Shown: positions 22,317 through 31,336 of the stretch, piece by piece | Layout: each line of letters begins with the position of its first letter | Numbering within the stretch: position 1 is the first letter of the stretch | Assembly: GCA_964457085.1 (NCBI GenBank) | Contig: CAYWDM010000001.1 | Span: forward strand, 178,914-242,913 | Length of the DNA stretch: 64,000 bases | Source: an uncultured Pseudomonadales bacterium | Lineage (GTDB): Bacteria; Patescibacteriota; Microgenomatia; UBA1400; PJMF01 | Direction: 5' to 3' | The notes under the pieces: generated by a model | Seen by the model: the letters and a program-made list of their open reading frames with translations, nothing else | The model's database searches: none | Told to the model about the DNA's origin: nothing | Made by a program: the position numbers and the translations under genes

Positions 22317-23200
22317 TGATGCTAGAAATTCAAATACAAGATAAGCGAAATGGATTTCAAGCTAATACTGTAGCTCTTCCAGTACCTGAAAACAAAGCTG
22401 ACTCCCATGAGCAACAACTCATGACTCCGGAACTCTTCGCTGCTTGTTTACTAGAGAAGAAAATCCCAGTTAATCCAAATAGAGCTATTGAGGTTGGAAG
22501 AGCGATTTTGGAAGGTGGAGGTACTCCAGAACTGCTCAAAAAATTGGCAAGCTGTTTTAGATTTATTGATCAGGATGAGTTTTATCACGACATTGATTTG
22601 ATGGCACAAGAGGTTATTTCAGCATTCAAGGATAAGGAGTACAACCTCACTCTTTATGAGGATCGAGGTAAAAGCGGTGACTGGATTTTCAACTTATTAC
22701 AGCAAAGAGGCGTGCCTACACCAGCAGCAGATATTGATATGTTTCAATACTCTCTTGACAACACTTTACACCGACCTAACATGTTGACAGATGATTGGTC
22801 GCTCGCTGGTGCTCAAGTCAAGAGTGTTGTCGGTAAAATACTTAGGGCGGCACGTGAGGATGGATCTGACTTGGTTCCTGAAATACATGTTTTTTTGTTG
22901 TACTGTACTAATGAGGTGGTACGCCTTCTAGAAGGAGCTGGAGTCAAGGTGCATATTGCGAGCAAAGAACCAATACTCACCTTGGATGAGGTCTTAGACG
23001 AGAATGAAAAAGAGATGCTGCGAAAAATTAAATTAAATAAGCCATATCAAAAGAATATCTTTGTTCTGTGGCCAGCGCATTTAACTTTTGGTTGGTGGAA
23101 AGTGCCCGACAGATTTTATCAACTTTTTCTAGATGACAGCCCTCTGAGCCTAGTTCAAACGAATGATTTTGCACCACCATACTACAAAAATGATGAGTAA
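22313..23200 (+). CDS. Hypothetical protein
   Basis: 295-aa ORF with no recognisable motifs. It lies next to the tRNA-Lys repeat region. Confidence 0.4.
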   Translation: MMMLEIQIQDKRNGFQANTVALPVPENKADSHEQQLMTPELFAACLLEKKIPVNPNRAIEVGRAILEGGGTPELLKKLASCFRFIDQDEFYHDIDLMAQEVISAFKDKEYNLTLYEDRGKSGDWIFNLLQQRGVPTPAADIDMFQYSLDNTLHRPNMLTDDWSLAGAQVKSVVGKILRAAREDGSDLVPEIHVFLLYCTNEVVRLLEGAGVKVHIASKEPILTLDEVLDENEKEMLRKIKLNKPYQKNIFVLWPAHLTFGWWKVPDRFYQLFLDDSPLSLVQTNDFAPPYYKNDE

Positions 23201-23228
23201 CCGAGCAACCAATGAGTTCTTAATCTCA

Positions 23229-23396
23229 AAAGTGAGTCCGGTGGGACTTACCTATTCAGGCTCATGATTTTACTAACTGGAGGTTATCGCTTGATTGGGC
23301 ATACGTCCCAATCTCGTAATATTTCTCAAAAGTGACTTTATCATTTTTGAGAAATATGTGAGTCCGGTGGGACTCACCCTTCGGGTATTAGCCACG
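23229..23396. repeat. Two degenerate direct copies of the tRNA-Lys 3' end (core gtgagtccggtgggact), about 300 and 170 bp downstream of the tRNA
   Basis: Copy 1 at 23229-23249 reads aaagtgagtccggtgggactt. Copy 2 at 23357-23380 reads atgtgagtccggtgggactcaccc and is followed by cttcgggtattagcc, a motif shared with the tRNA-Gly locus. Each copy can also fold into a hairpin (gtgagtcc ggtg ggactcac). Confidence 0.7.
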
Positions 23397-23503
23397 CTCT
23401 TTTGCAAACTCAATCAAAACAATAAAATTGGCTCGCTTGGCGGCACGAACTCATTTTGCTTCGCAAAAACTTCTCACCTACAGTAAACATACTTATATAA
23501 AAA

Positions 23504-23527
23504 AAAGACGCTGATGCGTCTTTATTT
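23504..23527. terminator. Bidirectional rho-independent terminator hairpin immediately 3' of tRNA-Lys
   Basis: Sequence aaaaaaaagacgc tgat gcgtctttattt. The stem is flanked by an A-run and a T-run. Confidence 0.6.
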
Positions 23528-23534
23528 ATATAAG

Positions 23535-23608
23535 TGAGTCCGGTGGGACTCGAACCCACGACGCACAGCTTAAAAGGCTGTCGCTCTAACCAACTGAGCT
23601 ACGGACCC
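23535..23608 (-). tRNA. tRNA-Lys (anticodon TTT); CCA not encoded
   Basis: The reverse complement GGGTCCGTAGCTCAGTTGGTTAGAGCGACAGCCTTTTAAGCTGTGCGTCGTGGGTTCGAGTCCCACCGGACTCA folds as a cloverleaf. The anticodon loop is CTTTTAA. Confidence 0.9.
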
Positions 23609-23674
23609 ATGTTAACAAAGGACTATTATACCTTTTTTATGTCATCCCACTACTGGTATTTCACGAAGAAAATC

Positions 23675-24241
23675 CTAATTTGAACGAGAAACGTATTCGT
23701 TGGTTTCTGTATCAATTAAAAGAGCATCTCCAGTTCGAATAAACAATGGTGCCTGGACAATTAAACCTGTTTCCATAGTGACTGGTTTTTTGCCAGAAGT
23801 TGATCGATCACCAGCTACTGCATCCTGAGCTTCTTTAACAATCATCTTCACTTTTGGAGGCAATGAGACACCGATTACTTTCTCCTGATAGAAAGTCAAA
23901 TAAATCTTGATATCTTGCACTAAAAATCCAACTTTTTCACCCAAGACTGAGGAAGTAACAGTAAATTGTTCGTAAGTCCGTGGATCCATGAAAATAACGT
24001 CAGTACCATCGATATATGAGAAGTTAACTTCGCGGGCATCAACATCGACCTCTTCAATTGAGTCATGAGACTTAAAACTGAAGTCAATTCCTGAGCCACT
24101 AAACACATTACGCATCTTGGTACGGGTAAAAGCAGAGCCCTTACCAGGTGATACAAACTGTGTCTTCACAATATAGTGAGGCACGTTGTTGTACAAAATG
24201 TACATACCTTTTTTGAGATTACCGGCTTTGACGATCGACAT
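23675..24241 (-). CDS. efp: Elongation factor P
   Basis: 188 aa with three OB-like domains. The conserved KPGKG-region is present as SPGKGSAF. Confidence 0.9.
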   Translation of the reverse strand: MSIVKAGNLKKGMYILYNNVPHYIVKTQFVSPGKGSAFTRTKMRNVFSGSGIDFSFKSHDSIEEVDVDAREVNFSYIDGTDVIFMDPRTYEQFTVTSSVLGEKVGFLVQDIKIYLTFYQEKVIGVSLPPKVKMIVKEAQDAVAGDRSTSGKKPVTMETGLIVQAPLFIRTGDALLIDTETNEYVSRSN

Positions 24242-24312
24242 ATTCGGCTATTCTAATCCAAACAACCTGGTTTGACAAACTCCGAGATGCAAATATGGTC
24301 TGGATGTAGTGG

Positions 24313-25674
24313 TTATTTCTTGCTCTGTGGCAAAGAAAGTTCGTTTGCCAACTTCAACACTTCAGGTAACTGAGCTTTGATCGATGAAAGTGTAATCAAC
24401 ACCCCATCCTCTGTTTCAAATGCCAATTTGATGATTTTTCCCTGGCCAAATGGTCGTTCTGACACAGCAGCTGCCAAACCATTTTCAAGTTTTAACTGAC
24501 GAACTTCCTGTGCTTGGTTTTTCGGATCAAAATTTAGTGCCAAAGTTGGAGTGACATTATTCGACTTAGGATATTGACGAATGATGATTATTTTATGTGC
24601 TGAAACACTTGCGGACAAATCAGTTTTAATAATTGCTGCAGCTTGCACTGCAGGCGAGGGCTCACTTTGCAGCACGCTTGACGGCTCTGCCCAATGTGTT
24701 GCCATTTTAAATTCAGATTTGAGTGGTAGACGATGGATTGGGAAACCTGCTTTGAGTGCGACCTGATCAAACCCTGAAGCCGCATCAGTCGACCAAACTG
24801 CCAGCATAGTGGTAAATGTGAGAGCAGGTGCTAGAAACAATACTGAAAATATTCCCAATATAATTTTTGACTTGAGTGAAATTGAGTTTGACTCGGGATC
24901 GGCTTTTGGCAGTGCCAACACCAATGCAAAGATTGCAGGAACAGCACTTAACATAATTGGGTGCATCACTTGTTGAATCATTGATCCGGTTGCGTTAAAC
25001 AAAAAGCCTCCAAAAGTTATCTGTTCTCCAGCAAATTTTGTTAATTCTGAAGATACAAACCACTGTGATCCTAGCCAAACTGCCACACCGCCAATCAACA
25101 CAAGTAAACACAATGTCATCAGCTTCCGCGTTCCAACCCAAACACCTCTTCCAAGCCATAACAGCATTACCGCAATAGCTGCCATTAAGAACGGTTGTTG
25201 ATTGGTAAATTGCAACACCTCAAGCTCAAATAAAGTTGAACCTGCTTTTCTCAAGGCAAGAGCTAAGATGAAAAGAACAATTGTCCACAAAATACCGTAG
25301 CCAAGGTAGATGAGTGCATTCGCCCAAATCAGTAGTGCAGCAATTTTTAGAGATTTGCTGATGGGAGTTGTTGCTGTTGAAGCAACTGAGGAAGTCGTCT
25401 CAACTGTGGTTGCAGTGATTGTTTGAAGAGTTGTGCCTGTATCTACTGCAGATGGGGAAGAAGTTGCTGAACTAACATTGCTGGTAGTTGTGGAAGTCGC
25501 AACAGTATTAGTTTCCAATCCAACCGACGGTTGGACAGAGCTTTGCAGATTTATTGCTTCTGTTACCTGATCAGGTTGCCAACCGGCAGCCAACAATGCC
25601 TGAGTGATACTGGCATCATCTAGTCCACTTGCTCTAGAAGTGGAGATATACGAAAGTAGCTGGTCGTTGGGCAC
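24313..25674 (-). CDS. Hypothetical polytopic membrane protein with a Ser/Thr-rich linker
   Basis: 453 aa. A small N-terminal helical domain and a T/S-rich low-complexity stretch precede about 8 TM helices and a C-terminal soluble domain. Confidence 0.45.
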   Translation of the reverse strand: MPNDQLLSYISTSRASGLDDASITQALLAAGWQPDQVTEAINLQSSVQPSVGLETNTVATSTTTSNVSSATSSPSAVDTGTTLQTITATTVETTSSVASTATTPISKSLKIAALLIWANALIYLGYGILWTIVLFILALALRKAGSTLFELEVLQFTNQQPFLMAAIAVMLLWLGRGVWVGTRKLMTLCLLVLIGGVAVWLGSQWFVSSELTKFAGEQITFGGFLFNATGSMIQQVMHPIMLSAVPAIFALVLALPKADPESNSISLKSKIILGIFSVLFLAPALTFTTMLAVWSTDAASGFDQVALKAGFPIHRLPLKSEFKMATHWAEPSSVLQSEPSPAVQAAAIIKTDLSASVSAHKIIIIRQYPKSNNVTPTLALNFDPKNQAQEVRQLKLENGLAAAVSERPFGQGKIIKLAFETEDGVLITLSSIKAQLPEVLKLANELSLPQSKK

Positions 25675-25724
25675 AACTGTAATTGTACGAAAAAAGTCTC
25701 AAGGAATACAAGACTGAGTCAATA

Positions 25725-26153
25725 TTACTTTAATCCATGCTCCTTGAAACATTTGACGTATTGTTGATCAAGACTCATTAAATGACCTACCAACCAGTCC
25801 TCCAAAAAATCAACCAACTCAAATGCAAGTGCTGTCGTATCATCTTTGTGCGTTGCCACCAATTCTTTGACTTTTGCATCAAATCGCTGATGTGCAATTT
25901 CATGTTCCTTAGTGCCTTCAAAATTGAATTGGTGAAAATATTTCTCTTCGGTAGCAAAGTGGGCAACTTTATAGCTCACTATTTCACTAATAAGATCGTT
26001 GATAGCTTTTTTGCTCTGCGTACTGCTCACCATCGCAAATAGTTTATTGATGATCTCAAATAAGTGCTTGTGTTGCTCATCAATTTCTGCAACTTTCACA
26101 CTGTATTCATCTTTCCAAATCAATCTGTTGTCGTTAGTTATTTGGTTATCCAT
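25725..26153 (-). CDS. Hemerythrin-like (bacteriohemerythrin) protein
   Basis: It contains W..EYSVKVAEIDEQHKHLF, HFATEEKYF and EIAHQRFDAKV blocks, which are hemerythrin His/Glu iron-ligand motifs. The start was chosen at the internal Met (MDNQ...). Confidence 0.7.
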   Translation of the reverse strand: MDNQITNDNRLIWKDEYSVKVAEIDEQHKHLFEIINKLFAMVSSTQSKKAINDLISEIVSYKVAHFATEEKYFHQFNFEGTKEHEIAHQRFDAKVKELVATHKDDTTALAFELVDFLEDWLVGHLMSLDQQYVKCFKEHGLK

Positions 26154-26274
26154 ATAACACCAATGTAGCACTTTGAATGTAAGGGTCAATGTTTGATCTT
26201 TGAACAATAAAAGTAGTGAGTTTTCTCTCGCACTAGTGAGCAACTAGTGCGAGAGAAGGGCTCTTTCGATTAAC

Positions 26275-26604
26275 TCAGCCATACATGATTTTTTGGACTC
26301 TTTTAATCATCTCGCTGGGACTTTCAACCCCCTTGATCAGGGACAGTACTGCTCCCCGTTGCACAAAATCTCTCCCAGTTGACTGGGACCCGGTGTAGCC
26401 AATAATAGGCACCTCTGGGAAAATGCTCACAGCTCTCGCAGCCAAACTAGGGCCATCGCCGTCCATACCATCAATCACGATCAGACGTGGTTGACGGCCA
26501 TCAGCATTTGCATCCTCAACATTATTGAAGATTGCAACATCTTCAAGTGCCCTTAACGAGTCAGAGAAACGATCTCTACGATCGTGGATCAAAAAAAATA
26601 TCAT
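26275..26604 (-). CDS. Stand-alone receiver (REC)-like domain protein
   Basis: 109 aa. It has acidic residues near the N-terminus, RLIVIDGMDGDG (candidate phospho-Asp), PIIGYTGS and a later Lys. Confidence 0.45.
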   Translation of the reverse strand: MIFFLIHDRRDRFSDSLRALEDVAIFNNVEDANADGRQPRLIVIDGMDGDGPSLAARAVSIFPEVPIIGYTGSQSTGRDFVQRGAVLSLIKGVESPSEMIKRVQKIMYG

Positions 26605-26913
26605 CGGTATCTCCAGTTGTCGCGTCTAAGAATCTGCAGTGCAAACTCTCAGGCTGACAGTTCATTTTTGATTTTATCCGGCTTGCTCATGGCCAGTATT
26701 GAAATTGTGGGAAGTTAATCGATTGAGGTTCTGGAATTAAAGAAGTGAAAATTGTCATTCGTAGTGAATGACTTTCCTTCCTCAACCCATAGCTTCCAAC
26801 AAAAAGGTATTAAAGAACATATACACAACTACACGGCTCAAAACTTGAGTCACATTATCTCACGCATGACAAGAAAGACCGAAAAATTCAGAAGAAAATC
26901 AAGAAAAAAAATA

Positions 26914-27552
26914 TTAAATAATTTTCTCTAACTCAGCCAGTACATTCTGACTGATTAACTGACAACCTTTTTGATTGGGGTGTAGGCCATCACGATATAA
27001 GTAATTCTGTAGCCATTCTTCCTCAGTAACCTGAACTCCCACAAACGGAATTTGTCGCTCGGAACACAACTGTTGCTGAACTGCCTCAAGCTGCTGTTTT
27101 CTAGCATTATTAAAAAAAGATATACCGCCAGTTAGATTAGGTATTGGATTGGTTTTTGATTCATCAAAATAGCCACCACCAACTGCGACAACGTTGGTGC
27201 TCAGTTTTTTTAGCAAATCAAGCAAACTGGTCATTGCAGTAGTGTATTCTGCAACTGTGGACACAAAGTTTTCTGGAAAGTCATCAGCCTTGGCATTATT
27301 GCCACCCACCGAAACAATAGTAATGATTTTCCCACCTCTGCCATACTTTTCCAGCTGTTGCGGAAAAGTTTCTGATACAAACTCGATTGTTTCACCAGTT
27401 TTTCCAAAATTATAGATTTCGAGTTTTTGACCAATGCCACCATCCCGATACATTTTTTTATGCAGTGCCAATTTGATTAAATCTGCCCAGCCACCATCCT
27501 CCGCACCGACACCATAGACACTACTTGATCCCAGGATGAAAATTTGAGTCAT
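26914..27552 (-). CDS. SGNH/GDSL hydrolase
   Basis: 212 aa. It contains IFILGSSSVYG (block I), VGGNN and DGLHPN (block V). Confidence 0.7.
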   Translation of the reverse strand: MTQIFILGSSSVYGVGAEDGGWADLIKLALHKKMYRDGGIGQKLEIYNFGKTGETIEFVSETFPQQLEKYGRGGKIITIVSVGGNNAKADDFPENFVSTVAEYTTAMTSLLDLLKKLSTNVVAVGGGYFDESKTNPIPNLTGGISFFNNARKQQLEAVQQQLCSERQIPFVGVQVTEEEWLQNYLYRDGLHPNQKGCQLISQNVLAELEKII

Positions 27553-27609
27553 ATATGTCCCTATGGTACTGCACTACAGATTATTACAACTAAATAATAT
27601 ACTAACGAC

Positions 27610-28416
27610 ATGGAATATCAAAAATTTATCACCCAAACCCTACAAGCTGCAGCGGCAATCGCCAATGAAAACTTTGACAAAGTCACCTCAATTTCAACAA
27701 AAACTGGCGATAATAACCAAGTTCTAACCGAAACAGATTTGGCGATCGGCAAATTAATCATTCAAAAAATTCAAGAATTGTACCCCGGCTACAACATCAT
27801 TGACGAAGAAGCGGGAGTGATTGCGAAACAATCCAGATACACTTGGGTGGTCGATCCGATTGATGGTACCAGCAACTTTGCCAATGGCTTACCAACATAC
27901 GGAGTCATGATTGGATTATTAGATAGAGAACAACCTATCGCTGGCGGGATTGCACTGCCAGCATTCAATCAAATATATGTTGCTGAGAAGGGTAGTGGAG
28001 CTTTTTGTAATGGCCAACCCATCCATGTCACTGATGAAAAAAGTTTGATGTCCTCGCTAGTTGCCTATGGCATTGATGGTCACCAAGAAGCACCGGATAA
28101 AACCTTGGATGAAGTGGCGGTTTTAGCAAAGATCATTCTCAATATCAGAAATCTACGCTCTACTAATAGTGCCTACGACATGGTTCATGTTGCCGATGGC
28201 AAATATGGCGCCTTTCTTAACCAAACCAGTAAGATTTGGGATAACGTAGCAATTCAAATTATTATCGAAGAAGCTGGGGGAGTGGTGACTGATTTTTTGG
28301 GTCAACCAATGGACTTCTCAAAACCACTGACCAAAACCTGGAAAAACTACACGATTTGTGCTGCGGCTCCTGAACTGCACAAACAGTTACAGATGATTAT
28401 TCATGGTGGCATTTAA
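27610..28416 (+). CDS. Inositol monophosphatase family protein
   Basis: The WVVDPIDGTSNFANGLP signature is present. Confidence 0.85.
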   Translation: MEYQKFITQTLQAAAAIANENFDKVTSISTKTGDNNQVLTETDLAIGKLIIQKIQELYPGYNIIDEEAGVIAKQSRYTWVVDPIDGTSNFANGLPTYGVMIGLLDREQPIAGGIALPAFNQIYVAEKGSGAFCNGQPIHVTDEKSLMSSLVAYGIDGHQEAPDKTLDEVAVLAKIILNIRNLRSTNSAYDMVHVADGKYGAFLNQTSKIWDNVAIQIIIEEAGGVVTDFLGQPMDFSKPLTKTWKNYTICAAAPELHKQLQMIIHGGI

Positions 28417-28434
28417 AATTTGCCTGAGTTAACT

Positions 28435-29112
28435 ATGAAATCTACAGACGTCACCTGCCTTATTCCGGCGTATAACGAGTCAACCCGTTTACCCTATGTG
28501 CTAGCTAGACTGCGAGAACTACCAGAAATTGGCGAAGTTATTGTCGTCGACGATGGTTCGAGTGACGATACTAGTGCTGTTGCGAGCACATTCAAGAATG
28601 CGACAGTGATTCGTCACCAACACAACTTAGGTAAAACTGAAGCCGTGAGAACTGGACTTAAAAATGCTAAGTCAAATAACATTTTACTATTTGATGCTGA
28701 CTTAACTTATTTCGACACCAGCCCAATTAAAAAAGCAATTGATGCTTTTATTCACAAAGAAAACCTCGCTTGCATTACACTTCGAGCCGAATACATCAAA
28801 ATTAAATTCACTAGAGCTGATCTTATTCAATCTGGGATTAGACTGATTCGTAAAAAATATTTACAGGAAATTCTTTCTAATCCAATCACTGGTTATCAGA
28901 TTGAAGCGGCAATCTGTTTTTACATGCTAGAAAATAATCTTGAAAATGCCTGGACTACTTTTCCCAGCAAACAGCTCAACAAAGCATTAAAAAGAAATCT
29001 GTTGTCAGGTCTCATTTCAGATATTCGCATGAATCTTGAGATTTTTAAATACCGAGGATTCGTAAAATATTGGCAAATGGTTTTGGGCTATCAACCAACC
29101 AAGTTGCCATAG
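28435..29112 (+). CDS. Family 2 glycosyltransferase (dolichyl-phosphate sugar transferase-like)
   Basis: It contains LIPAYNES...VIVVDDGSSDDT and a DAD motif (FDADL). The track start is a TTG at 28420, but an ATG at 28435 is more likely. Confidence 0.75.
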   Translation: MKSTDVTCLIPAYNESTRLPYVLARLRELPEIGEVIVVDDGSSDDTSAVASTFKNATVIRHQHNLGKTEAVRTGLKNAKSNNILLFDADLTYFDTSPIKKAIDAFIHKENLACITLRAEYIKIKFTRADLIQSGIRLIRKKYLQEILSNPITGYQIEAAICFYMLENNLENAWTTFPSKQLNKALKRNLLSGLISDIRMNLEIFKYRGFVKYWQMVLGYQPTKLP

Positions 29113-29136
29113 TCAACTAAATTGAAATAAAATTCG

Positions 29137-29478
29137 ATGCATGAAATCGGTATTGCCCAAACTATTCTAGACACCGTAAAAAAATCAATTGCAACTAAAA
29201 AAATTACTGCAGTAAATAAAATAGTGGTGTCATTGGGAGTGCTTTCCGGCATTGAGAAACAATCGCTGCTCTACAGTTTTGGATTAATTCCAAAGAGCCA
29301 ACAATTTGTAAATACGAAACTGGTGGTCAAAGAAAATGTCTTAGTTGTCTATTGTGAGCACTGTAAAATTAAAACTACGATTACAAATAGCTTTGTGTTG
29401 GTGTGCTCGGTCTGCGGAGCTCGAACAAATAATATCGTAGCAGGAAAAGAATTAACCATTGATAGCATTGAATATTAA
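29137..29478 (+). CDS. hypA: Hydrogenase nickel insertion protein HypA
   Basis: The N-terminal MHEIGIAQ motif and the Zn-binding CEHCK...CSVCG are present. Confidence 0.85.
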   Translation: MHEIGIAQTILDTVKKSIATKKITAVNKIVVSLGVLSGIEKQSLLYSFGLIPKSQQFVNTKLVVKENVLVVYCEHCKIKTTITNSFVLVCSVCGARTNNIVAGKELTIDSIEY

Positions 29479-29479
29479 T

Positions 29480-30145
29480 ATGAAACCAAAAATACTCGAA
29501 ATCAGAAAAGGGATATTGTCAGACAATGATCATTTGGCGGAAACACTGCGAACAAAATTCCATAATCATCGGGTGTTAGTGGTGAATGTAGTTTCTAGTC
29601 CCGGTTCAGGTAAAACAGAATTGCTAACGGTACTGATTAAAAAATTGATTCAAAAAAAACAGAAAGTCGTTGCCATCGTTGGAGACTTAGAAACTGATAA
29701 TGACGCCAAACGGCTAGCTGCCAGTGGGGCAGAGTCGTATCAAATTAATACCAATGGCAATTGTCACCTTGATGCTCAGATGATCGAAAAGAGTCTCAAA
29801 AAACTTGACTGGAAAAACTCAGACATTTTGTTTATAGAAAATGTTGGCAATCTAGTTTGCCCCGCTAGTTACGATTTGGGTGAAGATATGCGATTAGTAG
29901 TGTTGTCTGTTACTGAGGGTGAGGATAAGCCACTTAAATATCCAACTATGTTTAACTCCGCTGATATTTGTGTGATCTCCAAGATGGATTTGGCAACTGC
30001 GGTTGAGTTTGATGAGGGTGCAGCAACTGAGAACATTTTAAATGTCAGTCCAAACATCCAGATACTGAAAACCTCGGCGAAAAAGGGGAATGGGATAGAG
30101 GAGTTGGCGGAAGTTTTGATGAAGGCTAAAAAAATCAAAGAATGA
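29480..30145 (+). CDS. hypB: Hydrogenase maturation GTPase HypB
   Basis: It has a P-loop (SSPGSGKTELL), an NVGNLVCPAS segment and a SKMD G4 motif. The start was chosen at the ATG immediately after the hypA stop. Confidence 0.85.
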   Translation: MKPKILEIRKGILSDNDHLAETLRTKFHNHRVLVVNVVSSPGSGKTELLTVLIKKLIQKKQKVVAIVGDLETDNDAKRLAASGAESYQINTNGNCHLDAQMIEKSLKKLDWKNSDILFIENVGNLVCPASYDLGEDMRLVVLSVTEGEDKPLKYPTMFNSADICVISKMDLATAVEFDEGAATENILNVSPNIQILKTSAKKGNGIEELAEVLMKAKKIKE

Positions 30146-30175
30146 AAACTTGACCTAAGGCCTATAATACTTGGC

Positions 30176-30397
30176 ATGGAAGACGAACGAAAAACAATAC
30201 TCCGAGCGGGTCAAGTGGCTGAATTAGTTGCTCACCAACTAAAAGCACGTGGTGACCTGCAATCCATGACCGATGCAATGCTTCGAGCAATTTTATCTGG
30301 TGAATATAATGATGAAACGATAGCTAAAATTATGGAACTATTATCCGATACAATTGATACAAACAGAAGCGTGCTTATAAATCCAAAGATTCAATAA
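30176..30397 (+). CDS. Small hypothetical protein
   Basis: 73-aa ORF with no motifs. Confidence 0.3.
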   Translation: MEDERKTILRAGQVAELVAHQLKARGDLQSMTDAMLRAILSGEYNDETIAKIMELLSDTIDTNRSVLINPKIQ

Positions 30398-30399
30398 CA

Positions 30400-30972
30400 A
30401 TGAAAGAAATCATTGGCACCATAGCAGTCATACTGACTTTTATTGCATATATTCCATATTACCGCGATATTCTAAAGGGCAAAACTCGCCCGCACATTTA
30501 TAGTTGGTCACTGTGGAGCTTGTTGACAATTCTGCTTGTGGCACTACAAATCAATGGTGGGGCTGGTCCTGCAACATGGGTTACTGCTGCTGCTGGATTG
30601 TTGTGTGGAGGCGTGGTTGTTCTGAGTTTTAAAAATGGTAAAAGAGACATTACTGCATCAGATACTGTAGTTGCCATTTTGTCGCTGATTGCCATTGGCT
30701 TTTGGCTGATTGCCAATCAACCAATGATTGCAATGCTACTTGCTATCAGTGCTGACATGCTGGCGTTTATTCCGACAGTGCGTAAATCATGGCATCAGCC
30801 GCATACTGAGACTTTGTCGTTGTACATGACAAACGCCTTTCGGTTCTTTTTAGCACTTGGGGCAGTTGAAACATATACATTTTTATCGGTTGCTTGGCCT
30901 ATTGCATGGGCAGTTGGAAATGCACTGTTTTCAATCATGCTCTTTGTTAGAAGAAAACAGGTGATGGAATAG
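30400..30972 (+). CDS. Hypothetical membrane protein (5-6 TM)
   Basis: 190 aa, hydrophobic throughout. Confidence 0.4.
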   Translation: MKEIIGTIAVILTFIAYIPYYRDILKGKTRPHIYSWSLWSLLTILLVALQINGGAGPATWVTAAAGLLCGGVVVLSFKNGKRDITASDTVVAILSLIAIGFWLIANQPMIAMLLAISADMLAFIPTVRKSWHQPHTETLSLYMTNAFRFFLALGAVETYTFLSVAWPIAWAVGNALFSIMLFVRRKQVME

Positions 30973-31005
30973 TTATCTGGAGAGAGACCCAAAAGAGACT
31001 ACATT

Positions 31006-31130
31006 TTTTATGAGCGGGTGAACGCACCCTACGGGTATTAGGCAGGTGCTTCGCACTTGCCGGCAGAATCTCCCACGGGGACTAGGCGGGTACTTCGTAC
31101 TCTCCGGCGGAACCTGCTTCGCACGCTGAT
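31006..31130. repeat. Direct copy of the tRNA-Gly 3' end followed by the shared motif ccctacgggtattaggc and two tandem ~40-nt degenerate repeats
   Basis: The copy tttttatgagcgggtgaacg at 31006-31026 is identical to 31176-31195 at the tRNA 3' end. The tandem units are taggcaggtgcttcgcacttgccggcagaatc and taggcgggtacttcgtactctccggcggaacc. Confidence 0.7.
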
Positions 31131-31150
31131 TACGAAACAGCCCACCTCAT

Positions 31151-31180
31151 AAAAATAAAGACCCATTCGGGTCTTATTTT
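31151..31180. terminator. Bidirectional rho-independent terminator 3' of tRNA-Gly
   Basis: Sequence aaaaataaagaccc attc gggtcttatttttat. It is a perfect hairpin between an A-run and a T-run. Confidence 0.65.
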
Positions 31181-31184
31181 TATG

Positions 31185-31256
31185 AGCGGGTGAACGGAAT
31201 CGAACCGTCGCTTTCTCCTTGGAAGGGAGAGGTACTAACCACTATACTACACCCGC
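31185..31256 (-). tRNA. tRNA-Gly (anticodon TCC); CCA not encoded
   Basis: The reverse complement GCGGGTGTAGTATAGTGGTTAGTACCTCTCCCTTCCAAGGAGAAAGCGACGGTTCGATTCCGTTCACCCGCT folds as a cloverleaf. The anticodon loop is CTTCCAA and the discriminator is U. Confidence 0.9.
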
Positions 31257-31336
31257 GTTCTTGACCTATTGTAACAAACCAACACGATTTGGTCTCAAGA
31301 GATTTTTGACCGCATCACTCCCGCAAACACAACTAA

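Noticed and set aside
26605-26913. A 310-bp gene-free gap with a short inverted repeat (gtcattc gtagt gaatgac), as a candidate ncRNA or regulatory region.
   Set aside because: There is no promoter/terminator pair, no conserved RNA motif and no repeat structure. It probably holds just the divergent/convergent promoter and terminator regions of the flanking genes.
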